A stretch of 64,000 nt of DNA from sequence record MT586120.1; one strand, 5' to 3'. Positions 8,834 to 19,276 of this stretch are shown piece by piece. Made by a program: the position numbers and the translations under genes. The notes beneath the pieces were generated by a model that ran no database searches, was not told where the DNA came from, and saw only the letters and a program-made list of their open reading frames with translations. Position 1 is the stretch's first letter. Every line of letters begins with the position of its first letter.

Positions 8834-11436
8834 TGTCTAAGAACAAATTCTACACGAATGTCCAGATGTATGGAAACTCTATTCTCCTCCGAGGATATGA
8901 GGACGGTAAGCGTTTCAATGTTAGGCAGAATAACTTCCAGCCCACATTGTTTGCTACCAGTAAAAAAGCTAGTGATTGGAAGACATTAGATGGAGAATAT
9001 GTTAAGGAGATTCAGCCAGGTAGTATTAAGGAGTGTCGTGAGTTCATCAAAACCCACGAGAATATAGATAACTTCAATGTGTATGGTAATGAGAGATTTA
9101 TCTTTCAGTTTATTGCCGACACATATCCTGGTGAGATTAAGTTTGATACATCTTTAATGAAGATGATCACTGTTGATATTGAGGTTGAATCAGAGCACGG
9201 ATTCCCAGACCCAGAATCAGCAGCAGAAGAAGTCCTACTCATCACTGTACAGGACTACAACACCAAGAAAATCATCACTTGGGGTCAAACCAAGCACGGT
9301 GACTTTGAGAACAAGCAGGATAATGTAGACTTCCGCCCTTGTTATGATGAGCACCACCTTCTAAACTCATTTATTGATTGGTGGTCACGGGACACCCCAG
9401 ATGTTGTTACTGGTTGGAACTTGGAATATTATGATATTCCATACCTATGTAACCGTATTGAGCGCCTACTAGGCTCCAAGACAATGAAAACATTGTCCCC
9501 CTGGAAGCTAGTATCCGAAGAGAAGCACTTTATCAAGGGGCAGGAGAAGCTTTACTTTGATATTGCTGGTGTTACTCAACTTGATTACCTGAACCTCTAT
9601 AAGAAGTTCACATATACTAACCAAGAAAGCTATCGCCTAGATCACATTGCTGATGTGGAGCTAGGGCAGAAGAAGCTGGATCACAGTGAGTTTGAGACGT
9701 TCAAAGACTTCTATACAGATGGCTGGCAGAAGTTTGTTGAATACAACATCATTGACGTGGAACTAGTTGACCGTTTGGAAGATAAGATGAAACTTATCGA
9801 CCTCGCTCTAACTATGGCGTTTGACGCCAAGGTAAACTTCCGTGACGTATTCTATCAAGTACGTATGTGGGATACTATTATCTACAACTATCTCCGTGAG
9901 AAGAATATTGTTATTCCTCCCAAGGTAAAGATTGATAAGGACGCCAAGTATGCGGGTGCTTATGTTAAGGAGCCCAAGCCAGGTAAGTATGATTATGTTG
10001 TGAGTTTTGACCTTAACTCACTATATCCCCACTTGATTATGCAATATGCGATCTCGCCCGAGACGCTTATTACTATGGATGATCTAAACATTATGATCCA
10101 TAATGCACAGAATGATCCATCATATGACCAAGAGAAGCTAGAAGCTATGCTCCAAGTCAGGCAGCTATCAGGCAAGATTAATGTCTATAAGGTCCTGGAT
10201 ATGGAGCTAGACTTATCTCCATTGAAGGTTCTTGACTGGACTATGACTGCTAACGGTGCTATTTACCGTCGTGTTAAGGGAATGTTGCCCGAACTAATGG
10301 AGAAGATGTATGCAGAACGAGTTATCTTTAAGAAGCGAATGCTCGCAGCCAAACAGCTCAATGAGACGAAGCCTTCTAAAGCACTTGAAAAGGAGATCTC
10401 CCGCTGTAACAACATTCAAATGGCGAAGAAGATTTCTCTTAACAGTGCTTATGGTGCTATTGGTAATCAATACTTCAGGTATTTCAAACTAGCAAATGCT
10501 GAAGCCATCACACTATCAGGTCAGACTTCTATTCGCTGGATTGAGAACAAACTCAATGAGTATATGAATAAGACGCTAGGTACCGATAAGGTTGATTATG
10601 TTATTGCGTCAGACACTGACTCAATTTATCTACATATGGGACCAATTGTTGATAAGGTGTTTGGTGATAAGGATGTATCTAAAGAGAAGATTGTTGATGC
10701 ACTAGATGGCTTCTGTCAAGCTAAGATTGAGCCTTTTATTGATAATTCATATCAAGAGCTTGCTCACTATGTGAATGCATATGACCAGAAGATGCAGATG
10801 AAGCGAGAGAATATCGCAGACCGTGGTATTTGGACCGCTAAGAAGCGTTACATTCTGAATGTATGGGATAGTGAGGGTGTGCGCTATGCTCAACCTAAGC
10901 TCAAAATGATGGGCATTGAGGCAGTCAAATCATCCACTCCTGCCCCGTGTAGGTCAATGATTAAAGAGGCACTCAAGCTTGTTATGGTGGGCACTGAGGA
11001 TCAAGTTATTGACTATATTGATAGCTGTAGGCTTCAGTTTAAGATGCTTCCACCAGAGCAAATATCATTCCCAAGATCTGTTAGTGATGTTGTTAAATAC
11101 AAGTCACCCGTAAGCATTTACGCTAAGGGAACTCCCATCCATTGTCGCGGAGCACTTCTATTCAATCATCACATCAAAAAGAATGGGCTAGATAAGAAGT
11201 ACTCATTGATTAATAATGGGGAGAAGATCAAGTTCTGCTACTTAAAAGTTCCTAATAAGATTGGAGAGAATGTTATTTCATTCATTTCAGACTTCCCTAA
11301 GGAGCTAAATCTAGAGCGGTACATTGATTATGACTTACAGTTCAGCAAAAGTTTCTTGGAACCTCTAAAAATCATTCTTGATTCTATTGGCTGGCATTCT
11401 GAGAAAACAGTTACATTAGAATCGTTTTTTGGATAA
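8833..11436 (+). CDS. g43: Family B DNA polymerase gp43
   Basis: Exonuclease DIEVE and TGWN motifs; polymerase SFDLNSLYP, KISLNSAYG and SDTDS motifs. Confidence 0.98.
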   Translation: MSKNKFYTNVQMYGNSILLRGYEDGKRFNVRQNNFQPTLFATSKKASDWKTLDGEYVKEIQPGSIKECREFIKTHENIDNFNVYGNERFIFQFIADTYPGEIKFDTSLMKMITVDIEVESEHGFPDPESAAEEVLLITVQDYNTKKIITWGQTKHGDFENKQDNVDFRPCYDEHHLLNSFIDWWSRDTPDVVTGWNLEYYDIPYLCNRIERLLGSKTMKTLSPWKLVSEEKHFIKGQEKLYFDIAGVTQLDYLNLYKKFTYTNQESYRLDHIADVELGQKKLDHSEFETFKDFYTDGWQKFVEYNIIDVELVDRLEDKMKLIDLALTMAFDAKVNFRDVFYQVRMWDTIIYNYLREKNIVIPPKVKIDKDAKYAGAYVKEPKPGKYDYVVSFDLNSLYPHLIMQYAISPETLITMDDLNIMIHNAQNDPSYDQEKLEAMLQVRQLSGKINVYKVLDMELDLSPLKVLDWTMTANGAIYRRVKGMLPELMEKMYAERVIFKKRMLAAKQLNETKPSKALEKEISRCNNIQMAKKISLNSAYGAIGNQYFRYFKLANAEAITLSGQTSIRWIENKLNEYMNKTLGTDKVDYVIASDTDSIYLHMGPIVDKVFGDKDVSKEKIVDALDGFCQAKIEPFIDNSYQELAHYVNAYDQKMQMKRENIADRGIWTAKKRYILNVWDSEGVRYAQPKLKMMGIEAVKSSTPAPCRSMIKEALKLVMVGTEDQVIDYIDSCRLQFKMLPPEQISFPRSVSDVVKYKSPVSIYAKGTPIHCRGALLFNHHIKKNGLDKKYSLINNGEKIKFCYLKVPNKIGENVISFISDFPKELNLERYIDYDLQFSKSFLEPLKIILDSIGWHSEKTVTLESFFG

Positions 11437-11440
11437 TAAT

Positions 11441-11617
11441 ATGAATGATACAGAATTACTAGCTTTGGACCTCTTTATAGAATCCGTCATAAAGGTGGAC
11501 GAAGATCTGAGGTCCCAAGCTAGGGATCAAAAATGTTTGGATGAGTTGATCAATATCCGTGTAGATGTGCTAGAATACCTCTATGAACTTAGGAGAAAAT
11601 CTAATGGCACTGTCTAA
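11441..11617 (+). CDS. Hypothetical protein (ORF track start 11429)
   Basis: Small ORF in operon position. Confidence 0.55.
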   Translation: MNDTELLALDLFIESVIKVDEDLRSQARDQKCLDELINIRVDVLEYLYELRRKSNGTV

Positions 11618-11834
11618 GAGTGTGTTGGAGTCCTTAGAAGAGGCTCAAGGCGCACTCAGAAATGCCCTAGCATATGCTGCTAGGAATGAGCGTCCTATGA
11701 TATGCGAAAGCATTGCTAAGATTCTCAGTTCTATTGATACTATTGAGTCTAGTGAATCTATTATGGATACACTAGACAAATATAAGAACACGGGTGGAGA
11801 TGGTGAAAGCCCATTTGGTAAATTTGACTTTTAA
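11604..11834 (+). CDS. Conserved cyanophage hypothetical protein
   Basis: MALSKSVLESLEEAQGALRNALAYAARNERP. Confidence 0.65.
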   Translation: MALSKSVLESLEEAQGALRNALAYAARNERPMICESIAKILSSIDTIESSESIMDTLDKYKNTGGDGESPFGKFDF

Positions 11835-11842
11835 AACTAACT

Positions 11843-12850
11843 ATGGATTTTCTAAAGGATATTGTAAATGAAATTGGTGGCGACTACTCTAAGATTGCGT
11901 CAGACATTGACGAAACAGAAACATTCGTTGATACTGGTTCGTTCATCTTTAATGCTCTTGTATCTGGGTCTTTGTACGGTGGTGTTTCTGGCGATAAAAT
12001 TACTGCAATTGCTGGGGAAAGCTCTACTGGTAAGACTTTTTTCTCACTCGCCGTCGTCAAGAACTTTCTGGATTCTAATCCCGATGCATCTTGCATTTAT
12101 TTTGATACTGAAGCAGCAGTCAATAAGTCACTTCTATCATCACGTGGTATCGACCTCAACCGTTTGGCTGTCGTCAATGTCGTAACAATCGAAGAGTTCC
12201 GCACCAAGGCACTTAAGATTGTAGATATGTATCTAAAGACACCAGAGGCAGACCGCAAGCCTTGTATGTTTGTGCTAGACTCCCTCGGTATGCTCTCCAC
12301 TAATAAGGAGATCAACGATGCTCTAGATGATAAGCAGGTCCGCGATATGACCAAATCACAGCTAATCAAAGGAGCATTCCGTATGCTAACATTGAAGCTG
12401 GGTCAAGCTAAAATCCCAATGCTCGTTACTAATCACACATATGACGTTATCGGTGCTTATGTTCCTACAAAGGAAATGGGTGGTGGCTCTGGTCTTAAGT
12501 ATGCCGCTTCTACTATCATTCATCTCTCGAAGAAGAAAGAGAAGGATGGAACAGAGATTGTTGGAAACATTATCAAGGCAAAGACTGCTAAGTCGCGTTT
12601 AAGTAAAGAGAATATGGACGTAGGCGTCCGTTTGTATTATGATGAGCGAGGACTTGATAAGTACTTCGGTCTTCTAGAGCTAGGTGAAAAGGGTGGTATG
12701 TGGAAAAACGTTGCTGGTCGTTACGATCTAGGCGATGGTAAGAAGATCTACGCTAAAGCCATTCTCAAAGACCCCGAGCAATACTTCACACCAGAAGTTA
12801 TGGAAAAGCTAGAGGTAATTGCTAAAGGAACATTCTCATACGGAAACTAA
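11843..12850 (+). CDS. uvsX: UvsX RecA-like recombinase
   Basis: AGESSTGKT, YFDTE, LDSLGML and MGGGSGLKYAAS motifs. Confidence 0.96.
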   Translation: MDFLKDIVNEIGGDYSKIASDIDETETFVDTGSFIFNALVSGSLYGGVSGDKITAIAGESSTGKTFFSLAVVKNFLDSNPDASCIYFDTEAAVNKSLLSSRGIDLNRLAVVNVVTIEEFRTKALKIVDMYLKTPEADRKPCMFVLDSLGMLSTNKEINDALDDKQVRDMTKSQLIKGAFRMLTLKLGQAKIPMLVTNHTYDVIGAYVPTKEMGGGSGLKYAASTIIHLSKKKEKDGTEIVGNIIKAKTAKSRLSKENMDVGVRLYYDERGLDKYFGLLELGEKGGMWKNVAGRYDLGDGKKIYAKAILKDPEQYFTPEVMEKLEVIAKGTFSYGN

Positions 12851-12862
12851 TTAGGACATTTA

Positions 12863-14245
12863 ATGGAAAGAATTGAAAACCTTATTCTACGATCATTAGT
12901 ATATAATGAAAACTACTCACGCAAAGTCATTCCATTTATTGAACCTGACTATTTCCACGATTCATCAGAGCGAGTCCTCTTTGAGGAGATTGCCCAATAC
13001 ATGGTCAAGTACAACGCTCGCCCATCTAAAGAAGCACTTGGAATCGAGGTAGAGGCACGTAATAACCTCTCTGAAACTGATGTTCAAAACATCCGTACCA
13101 TCCTTACAACATTTGATGATGTAACAGGTACTGATGAGTGGATGCAAGATACCACCGAGAAGTGGTGTAAGAAGCAAGCCATCTACAATGCCCTTATGGA
13201 GTCCGTAGGTATTGCTAATGGAGACAGTAAGCAGAAGACCGAGGACGCTATTCCAAGCATCCTCTCAAGTGCTCTGGCTGTCTCATTTGATAGTAATGTA
13301 GGACACGACTACATTGAAGATGCCTCCGAACGTTTTGACTTCTATACACGTAAGGAAGACAAGATTCCATTTGATATTGAGCTACTCAATAAGATCACCA
13401 AGGGTGGTCTAACTAACAAGTCACTCAACATTGCCCTAGCTGGTACTGGTGTTGGTAAGTCACTCTTTATGTGTCACGTGGCTGCCGCGTCTCTAATGCA
13501 AGGCAAGAATGTTCTATACATTACTGCCGAGATGGCTGAGGAGAAGATTGCGGAACGTATTGACGCCAACCTACTCAATGTAAATATCCAAGATATTTCA
13601 AGCCTATCCAAGAAAATGTTTGAGGATAAGGTGACCAAGGTAGCCAAGAAGGTTCAAGGTTCCCTTATTATTAAGGAGTATCCAACAGCACAGGCACACT
13701 CAGGTCACTTCAAGGCACTTCTAAATGAGCTACAACTCAAGAAGAACTTCCGCCCAGACATCATCTTCATTGACTACCTAAACATCTGTGCTTCCAGCCG
13801 TATCAAGTCTGGCTCTAACGCCAACTCATACACCCTTGTGAAGAGTATTGCAGAGGAGTTGCGTGGTCTAGCGGTAGAGTTCAATCTACCCATCGTCAGC
13901 GCCACCCAGACGACCCGTAGCGGCTATGGAAACAGTGATGTGGATATCACAGATACTTCCGAGTCTTTCGGGCTTCCAGCCACTGCTGACCTTATGGTAG
14001 CGCTCATCTCAACAGAGGAGCTAGAAGGTCTAGGACAAATTATGGTAAAACAACTCAAGAACAGATACAATGATCCCACCATCCACAAGCGTTTTGTTGT
14101 CGGTATTGACCGCGCCAAGATGCGCCTTTATGACTGCGAGCAATCAGCTCAAGATGATATTATGGGAGGAGGGGAAGAAGAGTATGAGAACTCTGATGAC
14201 TCATCCAAACCATTTAAGGAAAAGTTCGCCAAACTAAACTTCTAA
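12863..14245 (+). CDS. g41: Replicative helicase gp41
   Basis: AGTGVGKS, IFIDYLN, SATQTTRSG and KQLKNRY motifs. Confidence 0.97.
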   Translation: MERIENLILRSLVYNENYSRKVIPFIEPDYFHDSSERVLFEEIAQYMVKYNARPSKEALGIEVEARNNLSETDVQNIRTILTTFDDVTGTDEWMQDTTEKWCKKQAIYNALMESVGIANGDSKQKTEDAIPSILSSALAVSFDSNVGHDYIEDASERFDFYTRKEDKIPFDIELLNKITKGGLTNKSLNIALAGTGVGKSLFMCHVAAASLMQGKNVLYITAEMAEEKIAERIDANLLNVNIQDISSLSKKMFEDKVTKVAKKVQGSLIIKEYPTAQAHSGHFKALLNELQLKKNFRPDIIFIDYLNICASSRIKSGSNANSYTLVKSIAEELRGLAVEFNLPIVSATQTTRSGYGNSDVDITDTSESFGLPATADLMVALISTEELEGLGQIMVKQLKNRYNDPTIHKRFVVGIDRAKMRLYDCEQSAQDDIMGGGEEEYENSDDSSKPFKEKFAKLNF

Positions 14246-14251
14246 TATTAT

Positions 14252-14274
14252 GGGGGCTCAATGCCCCCTTTTTT
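14252..14274 (+). terminator. Rho-independent terminator
   Basis: GGGGGC-TCAAT-GCCCCC-TTTTTT. Confidence 0.85.
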
Positions 14275-14307
14275 AATGATAAATATTATTAACTTGGTTA
14301 TATATTT

Positions 14308-15438
14308 GTGGCTTCTTTATCCGGCAACTCTACTAATGGTATCCCAAACTGGGACAAGTATGTAAAAAACCAGAATAGCTTGAGTAGTATTAAGTATGAT
14401 ATCGAAAAGCCAGCCTTTTTATATAAAGGAATTTCAAATACAAAGGAAAGTGATATTTTAGGTCTTCTTCCTGTAGGGACGCTGGTTAATATAGTATCCC
14501 CTACCATATATAATATTAGTGTATCTAAAGGTGCGGGAAAGGCATTCAGTAGTAAGCCAGCAGCTAAAGTTAGATATGATGGAAAATCTGGTTATGTCTT
14601 AATTACATTAATTAGAAAGCCTACAAAGGCTCCTGATTCCGTAGAAAAGAGGACGATTGATATAACACAAACAACTTTAAATTCATACAAGCAAGTTTCT
14701 GGTGTAGGTAGAGGTCCTAAAGCTGGTATTAATATTGAAGTTGAAGGTGTTGGTGTAATACAAAATGTATCTACAGTATCTAAAGTCCCCGAGAGAGTGA
14801 ATAATAGAGAAGCAAAAGCTGATATTGTTTTGAAGGATACGAAAGGTACACCATTATTCTACATATCACACAAGGCGGGTGGTGGTGCCAAGGCTTTCCA
14901 GCAGTATGGTGGTGTATCTAAAAAAGCAGGAAGTAGAAGCAATCCCGCATTGATATATAATGATCCAGAGACACAGCAATATTTGAACGACCTTTGGAAT
15001 TTTTACCAGGATGCCCTAGCAGGAGCACTACAATATGGAGAGGCTAATCCATTTAAGTCAGATGGTCTTCTAAAATACGGTAGGATATACAGGTTTGTAA
15101 AATCAGACGAACTTATTGGTAAGGCAGTATTTGGACCTGATTATGGTGGAGCATTTGGTATTGACAATGTAAACCTAATCGGTCAAGGTAATTTCCTATT
15201 CAAGCCATATATGAATTCCGAGGAAGACATTGCTATTAGACTTAGATTTGAAAACTTTGAAATTAACGGAGATATATCCGAGTTTAGAAAGGGTGACTAT
15301 AGGGCAATCTTTGTATCCAGGTCTTCCTCAGATAGGAAAACTGAAACACCGTCTGGTAATATTCCAAAACTTAGGACTGGTATATTCAATATGTCTTACC
15401 TATCTGGTCAGTCCGAAAACATTGACGCCCTACTCTAA
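14308..15438 (+). CDS. Putative PD-(D/E)xK (restriction-endonuclease-like) nuclease
   Basis: KADIVL...YISHK...FQQYGG motif; AT-rich codon style. Confidence 0.45.
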   Translation: MASLSGNSTNGIPNWDKYVKNQNSLSSIKYDIEKPAFLYKGISNTKESDILGLLPVGTLVNIVSPTIYNISVSKGAGKAFSSKPAAKVRYDGKSGYVLITLIRKPTKAPDSVEKRTIDITQTTLNSYKQVSGVGRGPKAGINIEVEGVGVIQNVSTVSKVPERVNNREAKADIVLKDTKGTPLFYISHKAGGGAKAFQQYGGVSKKAGSRSNPALIYNDPETQQYLNDLWNFYQDALAGALQYGEANPFKSDGLLKYGRIYRFVKSDELIGKAVFGPDYGGAFGIDNVNLIGQGNFLFKPYMNSEEDIAIRLRFENFEINGDISEFRKGDYRAIFVSRSSSDRKTETPSGNIPKLRTGIFNMSYLSGQSENIDALL

Positions 15439-15458
15439 ACCTGCTACAATAAGCAGGT
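15422..15458 (+). promoter_or_regulatory. Sigma70-type promoter with a palindrome over the -10 box
   Basis: TTGACG-17nt-TACAAT; ACCTG-N10-CAGGT at 15439-15458. Confidence 0.7.
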
Positions 15459-15480
15459 CTCAAGATAAAAAAAAAACATT

Positions 15481-15888
15481 ATGAGTCAAGTCGACTTCAA
15501 CCGCTATCTAGAGTTTGTAGATGGCGTAACCAGTGAGCCTTCAAAGGACACCGAAGCATTTGTCTACCGTGTACAAGAGCTAGCAGGACAAGATTGTGAT
15601 ATCCAACGCCTCCTAACCGCTTCCGTAGGTGTCTGTGCCGAGGGTGGTGAGTTTATGGAGATTGTAAAGAAGATGGCTTTCCAAGGTAAGCCTTACAACG
15701 AAGATAATGTATATCATATGAAGCGTGAGCTTGGTGATATTATGTGGTATATGGCTCAAGCCTGTATTGCCCTTGATGTGACATTTGAAGAACTGGTCGA
15801 AATGAACGTAGCAAAGCTAGAAGCACGCTATCCTGGTGGAAGCTTCAACGTTCATAGCAGTGAAGTACGTGTAGAGGGGGACATTTGA
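15481..15888 (+). CDS. mazG: MazG nucleoside triphosphate pyrophosphohydrolase
   Basis: AEGGEFMEIVKK...KRELGDIMWY...NVAKLEARYP. Confidence 0.93.
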   Translation: MSQVDFNRYLEFVDGVTSEPSKDTEAFVYRVQELAGQDCDIQRLLTASVGVCAEGGEFMEIVKKMAFQGKPYNEDNVYHMKRELGDIMWYMAQACIALDVTFEELVEMNVAKLEARYPGGSFNVHSSEVRVEGDI

Positions 15889-16121
15889 ACTTCCTAGAAA
15901 AGTGGTATGATACGTGGTGGTGGGCTATTTCTGAAAGGATGAATCCACTACACCCATTAGCAGATTGGGAACCAGACTTCTTTGAATACATCAATGAGGG
16001 CTGGTTAGATATGTACTACGAGCCACCAACAGACCAAGAGCGTAAGGATGCGTTCATCAAGTCTATCACCATCAACAGCAACCCGTACTACAACGAGAAG
16101 TACTACGACTATGAAGTTTGA
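15885..16121 (+). CDS. Hypothetical protein
   Basis: TTG start overlaps the mazG stop; Trp/Tyr-rich. Confidence 0.55.
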   Translation: MNFLEKWYDTWWWAISERMNPLHPLADWEPDFFEYINEGWLDMYYEPPTDQERKDAFIKSITINSNPYYNEKYYDYEV

Positions 16122-16269
16122 CCTAGACCTAGAAGACTTCACAATCATCCAAAATGCTCTACACTACTACAAACACGTAGAGAAACGAGGCAACTTCCAA
16201 CAATACGACATCCCTAGATGCGAAGCTCTTAGAGACAAACTATCACAACAACTAATGGAGAATGAATGA
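16111..16269 (+). CDS. Hypothetical protein
   Basis: MKFDLDLEDFTIIQNALHYYK; start refined from the ORF track. Confidence 0.6.
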   Translation: MKFDLDLEDFTIIQNALHYYKHVEKRGNFQQYDIPRCEALRDKLSQQLMENE

Positions 16270-16475
16270 GTAACCCAAAGCCAATCACACTTGAAGAATA
16301 CGCAGACGTAGGACCTGAGTTCTTTGCTAAATTTAACTATGTAAAGACACAACTACCTGCCGAGTCAGACGTAGAAGAAGTCCTAACTATTATGGAAACT
16401 CTTGCTGGTCTTGTATTGATTAAGCGAGATGAAGATGAAGAAGACGACCGCCCCGCTATTGGATTTAACAAATGA
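16266..16475 (+). CDS. Hypothetical protein
   Basis: ATGA-coupled ORF. Confidence 0.6.
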   Translation: MSNPKPITLEEYADVGPEFFAKFNYVKTQLPAESDVEEVLTIMETLAGLVLIKRDEDEEDDRPAIGFNK

Positions 16476-16672
16476 CAAACGAACAAGAAGTATTACAACA
16501 GTTCATCACCAAGCGCATTCAATTGTTGCGCTCTTCTGAGGAGTTGCGTCAGCAACTACAACAGCAGGCAGAGCTTCTGCTACGTGTAGAAGGAGCCATT
16601 GAGGCATTTGGTCTCATCGGTATTGAAATTACCCCAGCAGAGGGACCAGAGCCAGCAGAAAGCCCCGAATGA
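16472..16672 (+). CDS. Small coiled-coil hypothetical protein
   Basis: ATGA-coupled; Gln-rich helix. Confidence 0.6.
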   Translation: MTNEQEVLQQFITKRIQLLRSSEELRQQLQQQAELLLRVEGAIEAFGLIGIEITPAEGPEPAESPE

Positions 16673-17385
16673 TTATTGATATTAGAGACTTCCCTGTCTA
16701 TTATATAAACCTAGATTCACAACCAGACCGTAGAGAGTCTACGGTAAATACATTAACGAGTCTTGGGTTTAGTAGGATTCATAGAGTCTCTGGTATCCAA
16801 CACCAAAAGCCAGCGGTAGGATGTGCTCTATCCCATCTAAAAGTTATGGAGAACAAATCAATACAAGCCCCATTCCTTTTAGTTGAGGATGATATCCAAT
16901 ACACTGGAAATGAAAAACTAGTTTATGAAGTCCCCGAAGATGCCGATGCGCTATTTTTGGGGACTTCTATATGGGGTAGATTCCTAAACTTTAACGGGCA
17001 GTTTGTTCAGTATAGAAAAGTAAATGAAGATATTGTAAGAGTATACAATATGCTATCTGCCCACGCTATACTACATCTAAACAATGGGTATAAGGAGCAT
17101 CTCAGTAGAGTTGCTTACCATAGTGCCTACGAGATACAAGACCATATGGATGTTGGCTACGCAGAGACTCAAAAATACTATAATGTATACTCTGTGAATA
17201 GACCAGTATTCACTCAAAATACTCACCAGGAAGCTTCTACATCAACACCCATAACTGAAATGGGTATGGACCCAGAAGAATCCAAGAGGTTCTTTGAGTC
17301 TAAAAAGTGGAATCTACAACTGTCTGGTATCAAAACTATCTCTGGTTGGGATAGTAACTATGACCCAAAGCATTGGTTTAAATAA
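16669..17385 (+). CDS. Glycosyltransferase, GT25-like
   Basis: YYINLDSQPDRR, GCALSH and LLVEDD motifs. Confidence 0.8.
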   Translation: MIIDIRDFPVYYINLDSQPDRRESTVNTLTSLGFSRIHRVSGIQHQKPAVGCALSHLKVMENKSIQAPFLLVEDDIQYTGNEKLVYEVPEDADALFLGTSIWGRFLNFNGQFVQYRKVNEDIVRVYNMLSAHAILHLNNGYKEHLSRVAYHSAYEIQDHMDVGYAETQKYYNVYSVNRPVFTQNTHQEASTSTPITEMGMDPEESKRFFESKKWNLQLSGIKTISGWDSNYDPKHWFK

Positions 17386-17386
17386 T

Positions 17387-18304
17387 ATGAAAGTTCTATT
17401 CTATACAGATGTTACTTGGTCACTGGGTAATATCCACAACAACTTGGTAAAGGAGTTCTGTAAGAGGGGCATATACTCCAATATGCTTAACTGGGATTTT
17501 GATTACTCTGTTAGGGAGTTTGATTATCTCAATAAGATATATGATGTATTTGTAACTCTTCCAGGTCCTTGTGTGAATCTATTGATTAGTAAGGGTATTC
17601 CTGCTAATAAGATTATCTGTGTAGCTCATAGTCGCTTTGATGTGAAGCATGGTGTAGACTCCAATATTCCCTGGGCATCTCTACGCAGTGTTGTAGCAAT
17701 CTCACCAGACCTAGTGAAGACCCATAAGATTCTTGGGGTTGATGTGAATGTTAAGTTGGTCCAAAATGGTATAGACTTTGAGCTATTCCATAGAGAGCCA
17801 GCAACTGAACTAACCAGGCTTGGATACTTTGGTTCAGACTTTGCCCCAGATGTTCTTGCTGGAACAGGAGACTGTAAAAGGAAGCATCTAGCAGAGTCAA
17901 TCTCAACCATTACAGGACTACCTCTAATAGGCACAGGAAGCAAGCTAGTGAACCTGTGTATGCCTACGCTATATGAGACCATAGATAGTCTTATAATGCC
18001 TTCCAGCTCCCCAGAAGCCTGTGGGCTGCCTTATATGGAAGCAGCAGCGGCAGGTAGGCTCCCTATCAGCAGTTCTGTTGGAATCATTGACCATCTAGGT
18101 AAGCCTGCTGGTCTAGTTCTACGAATGGATGAAGAGTCTTTTGTAGAGCAAGCTGTATTCCAAATCAATGAACTGGTTGCCTCTCCTAAGAGGTTCCGCT
18201 CATTATGTGTAGAAGCGCAAGACTTCGCACGCCACTACTATGATTGGTCTGCCGTTATTGGTAGATGGATTGATGTTCTAACTAAACTTGATAACAACCT
18301 TTGA
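17387..18304 (+). CDS. Glycosyltransferase, GT4-like (GT-B fold)
   Basis: VKLVQNGID and EACGLPYMEA (E-x7-E) motifs; ATG 17387 follows the upstream stop. Confidence 0.75.
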   Translation: MKVLFYTDVTWSLGNIHNNLVKEFCKRGIYSNMLNWDFDYSVREFDYLNKIYDVFVTLPGPCVNLLISKGIPANKIICVAHSRFDVKHGVDSNIPWASLRSVVAISPDLVKTHKILGVDVNVKLVQNGIDFELFHREPATELTRLGYFGSDFAPDVLAGTGDCKRKHLAESISTITGLPLIGTGSKLVNLCMPTLYETIDSLIMPSSSPEACGLPYMEAAAAGRLPISSSVGIIDHLGKPAGLVLRMDEESFVEQAVFQINELVASPKRFRSLCVEAQDFARHYYDWSAVIGRWIDVLTKLDNNL

Positions 18305-18305
18305 T

Positions 18306-19106
18306 ATGTCTTTTTCATTCAACCATTTAGGTAATCACGGGCATTTGGGGAACCAGATGTTCCAATATGCTGCCCTAGTGGGCTTATCTATTAAGCACAA
18401 TAGACCTTTTTGTATTCCCCACGAAGGTGTATTTGGGAAGCATTATTACACAGAACTCCGTAGTAATATCTACGATGCTTTTGATATCAATCCTATCAAG
18501 GGTATTAGTTCTTATCCAACAGTAAATGAGCCAAGCTTTGAGTTTAGTCAGGCTTTCTTTGAGAACCCACCTACCCAGAATATCAATCTATTAGGTTTTT
18601 ATCAGAGTGAGAAGTGGTTTGCTCACGCATCAGATTTGGTCCGTAAGGAGTTTACTTTCAAGCAACAATACAGAGAGATTGCCGAAGAGATTGCCGAGGA
18701 GATGCGTAAGCATTTGAGTGGTGAAGTAATCTCACTTCACATCCGAAGGACTGACTATGTAAATAATGCTAACCACGATTGTGTTGGTTTGGATTATTAT
18801 GGAGAAGCATTGAAGCTTGTCCCAGAAGAATGTAAAGTAATCATCTTCACTGACGACCCAGAGTGGGCAAAGGCACAGGAACTATTCCCAGATGATAGGT
18901 TCTTTGTATCAGAAACCAATTGTCCATATATCGATATGTGCCTAATGACTTTGTGTGATTATCATATTGTCGCTAATAGTAGTTACAGCTGGTGGGGTGC
19001 CTGGTTGTCTAATAGTAAAAAGGTAATTACTCCAAAGACTTGGTTTGGTCCTGGACTAAATCATAATACAAAGGACATTTATTGTGATGGATGGGTTATA
19101 GTATGA
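18306..19106 (+). CDS. Alpha-1,2-fucosyltransferase-like GT11 (copy 1)
   Basis: GHLGNQMFQYA, GFYQSEKWF, SLHIRRTDY and ANSSYSWWGAWL motifs. Confidence 0.88.
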   Translation: MSFSFNHLGNHGHLGNQMFQYAALVGLSIKHNRPFCIPHEGVFGKHYYTELRSNIYDAFDINPIKGISSYPTVNEPSFEFSQAFFENPPTQNINLLGFYQSEKWFAHASDLVRKEFTFKQQYREIAEEIAEEMRKHLSGEVISLHIRRTDYVNNANHDCVGLDYYGEALKLVPEECKVIIFTDDPEWAKAQELFPDDRFFVSETNCPYIDMCLMTLCDYHIVANSSYSWWGAWLSNSKKVITPKTWFGPGLNHNTKDIYCDGWVIV

Positions 19107-19276
19107 TTGTTGCCGTTGATTATGCCCTCCTTCTAGGTGAGATTGAGGGTGTTTATGCTAAACTAAAACAGCTAGGGACCACCGAGGAACTAGCGTATGT
19201 TGAGGCTATGAAGAAGAAGTATTACAAAGAATACTTCGCACTACTCCGAGAAGAAAGGGCAGCCGAACAGGCTTGA
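19103..19276 (+). CDS. Hypothetical protein
   Basis: ATGA-coupled small ORF. Confidence 0.55.
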   Translation: MIVAVDYALLLGEIEGVYAKLKQLGTTEELAYVEAMKKKYYKEYFALLREERAAEQA

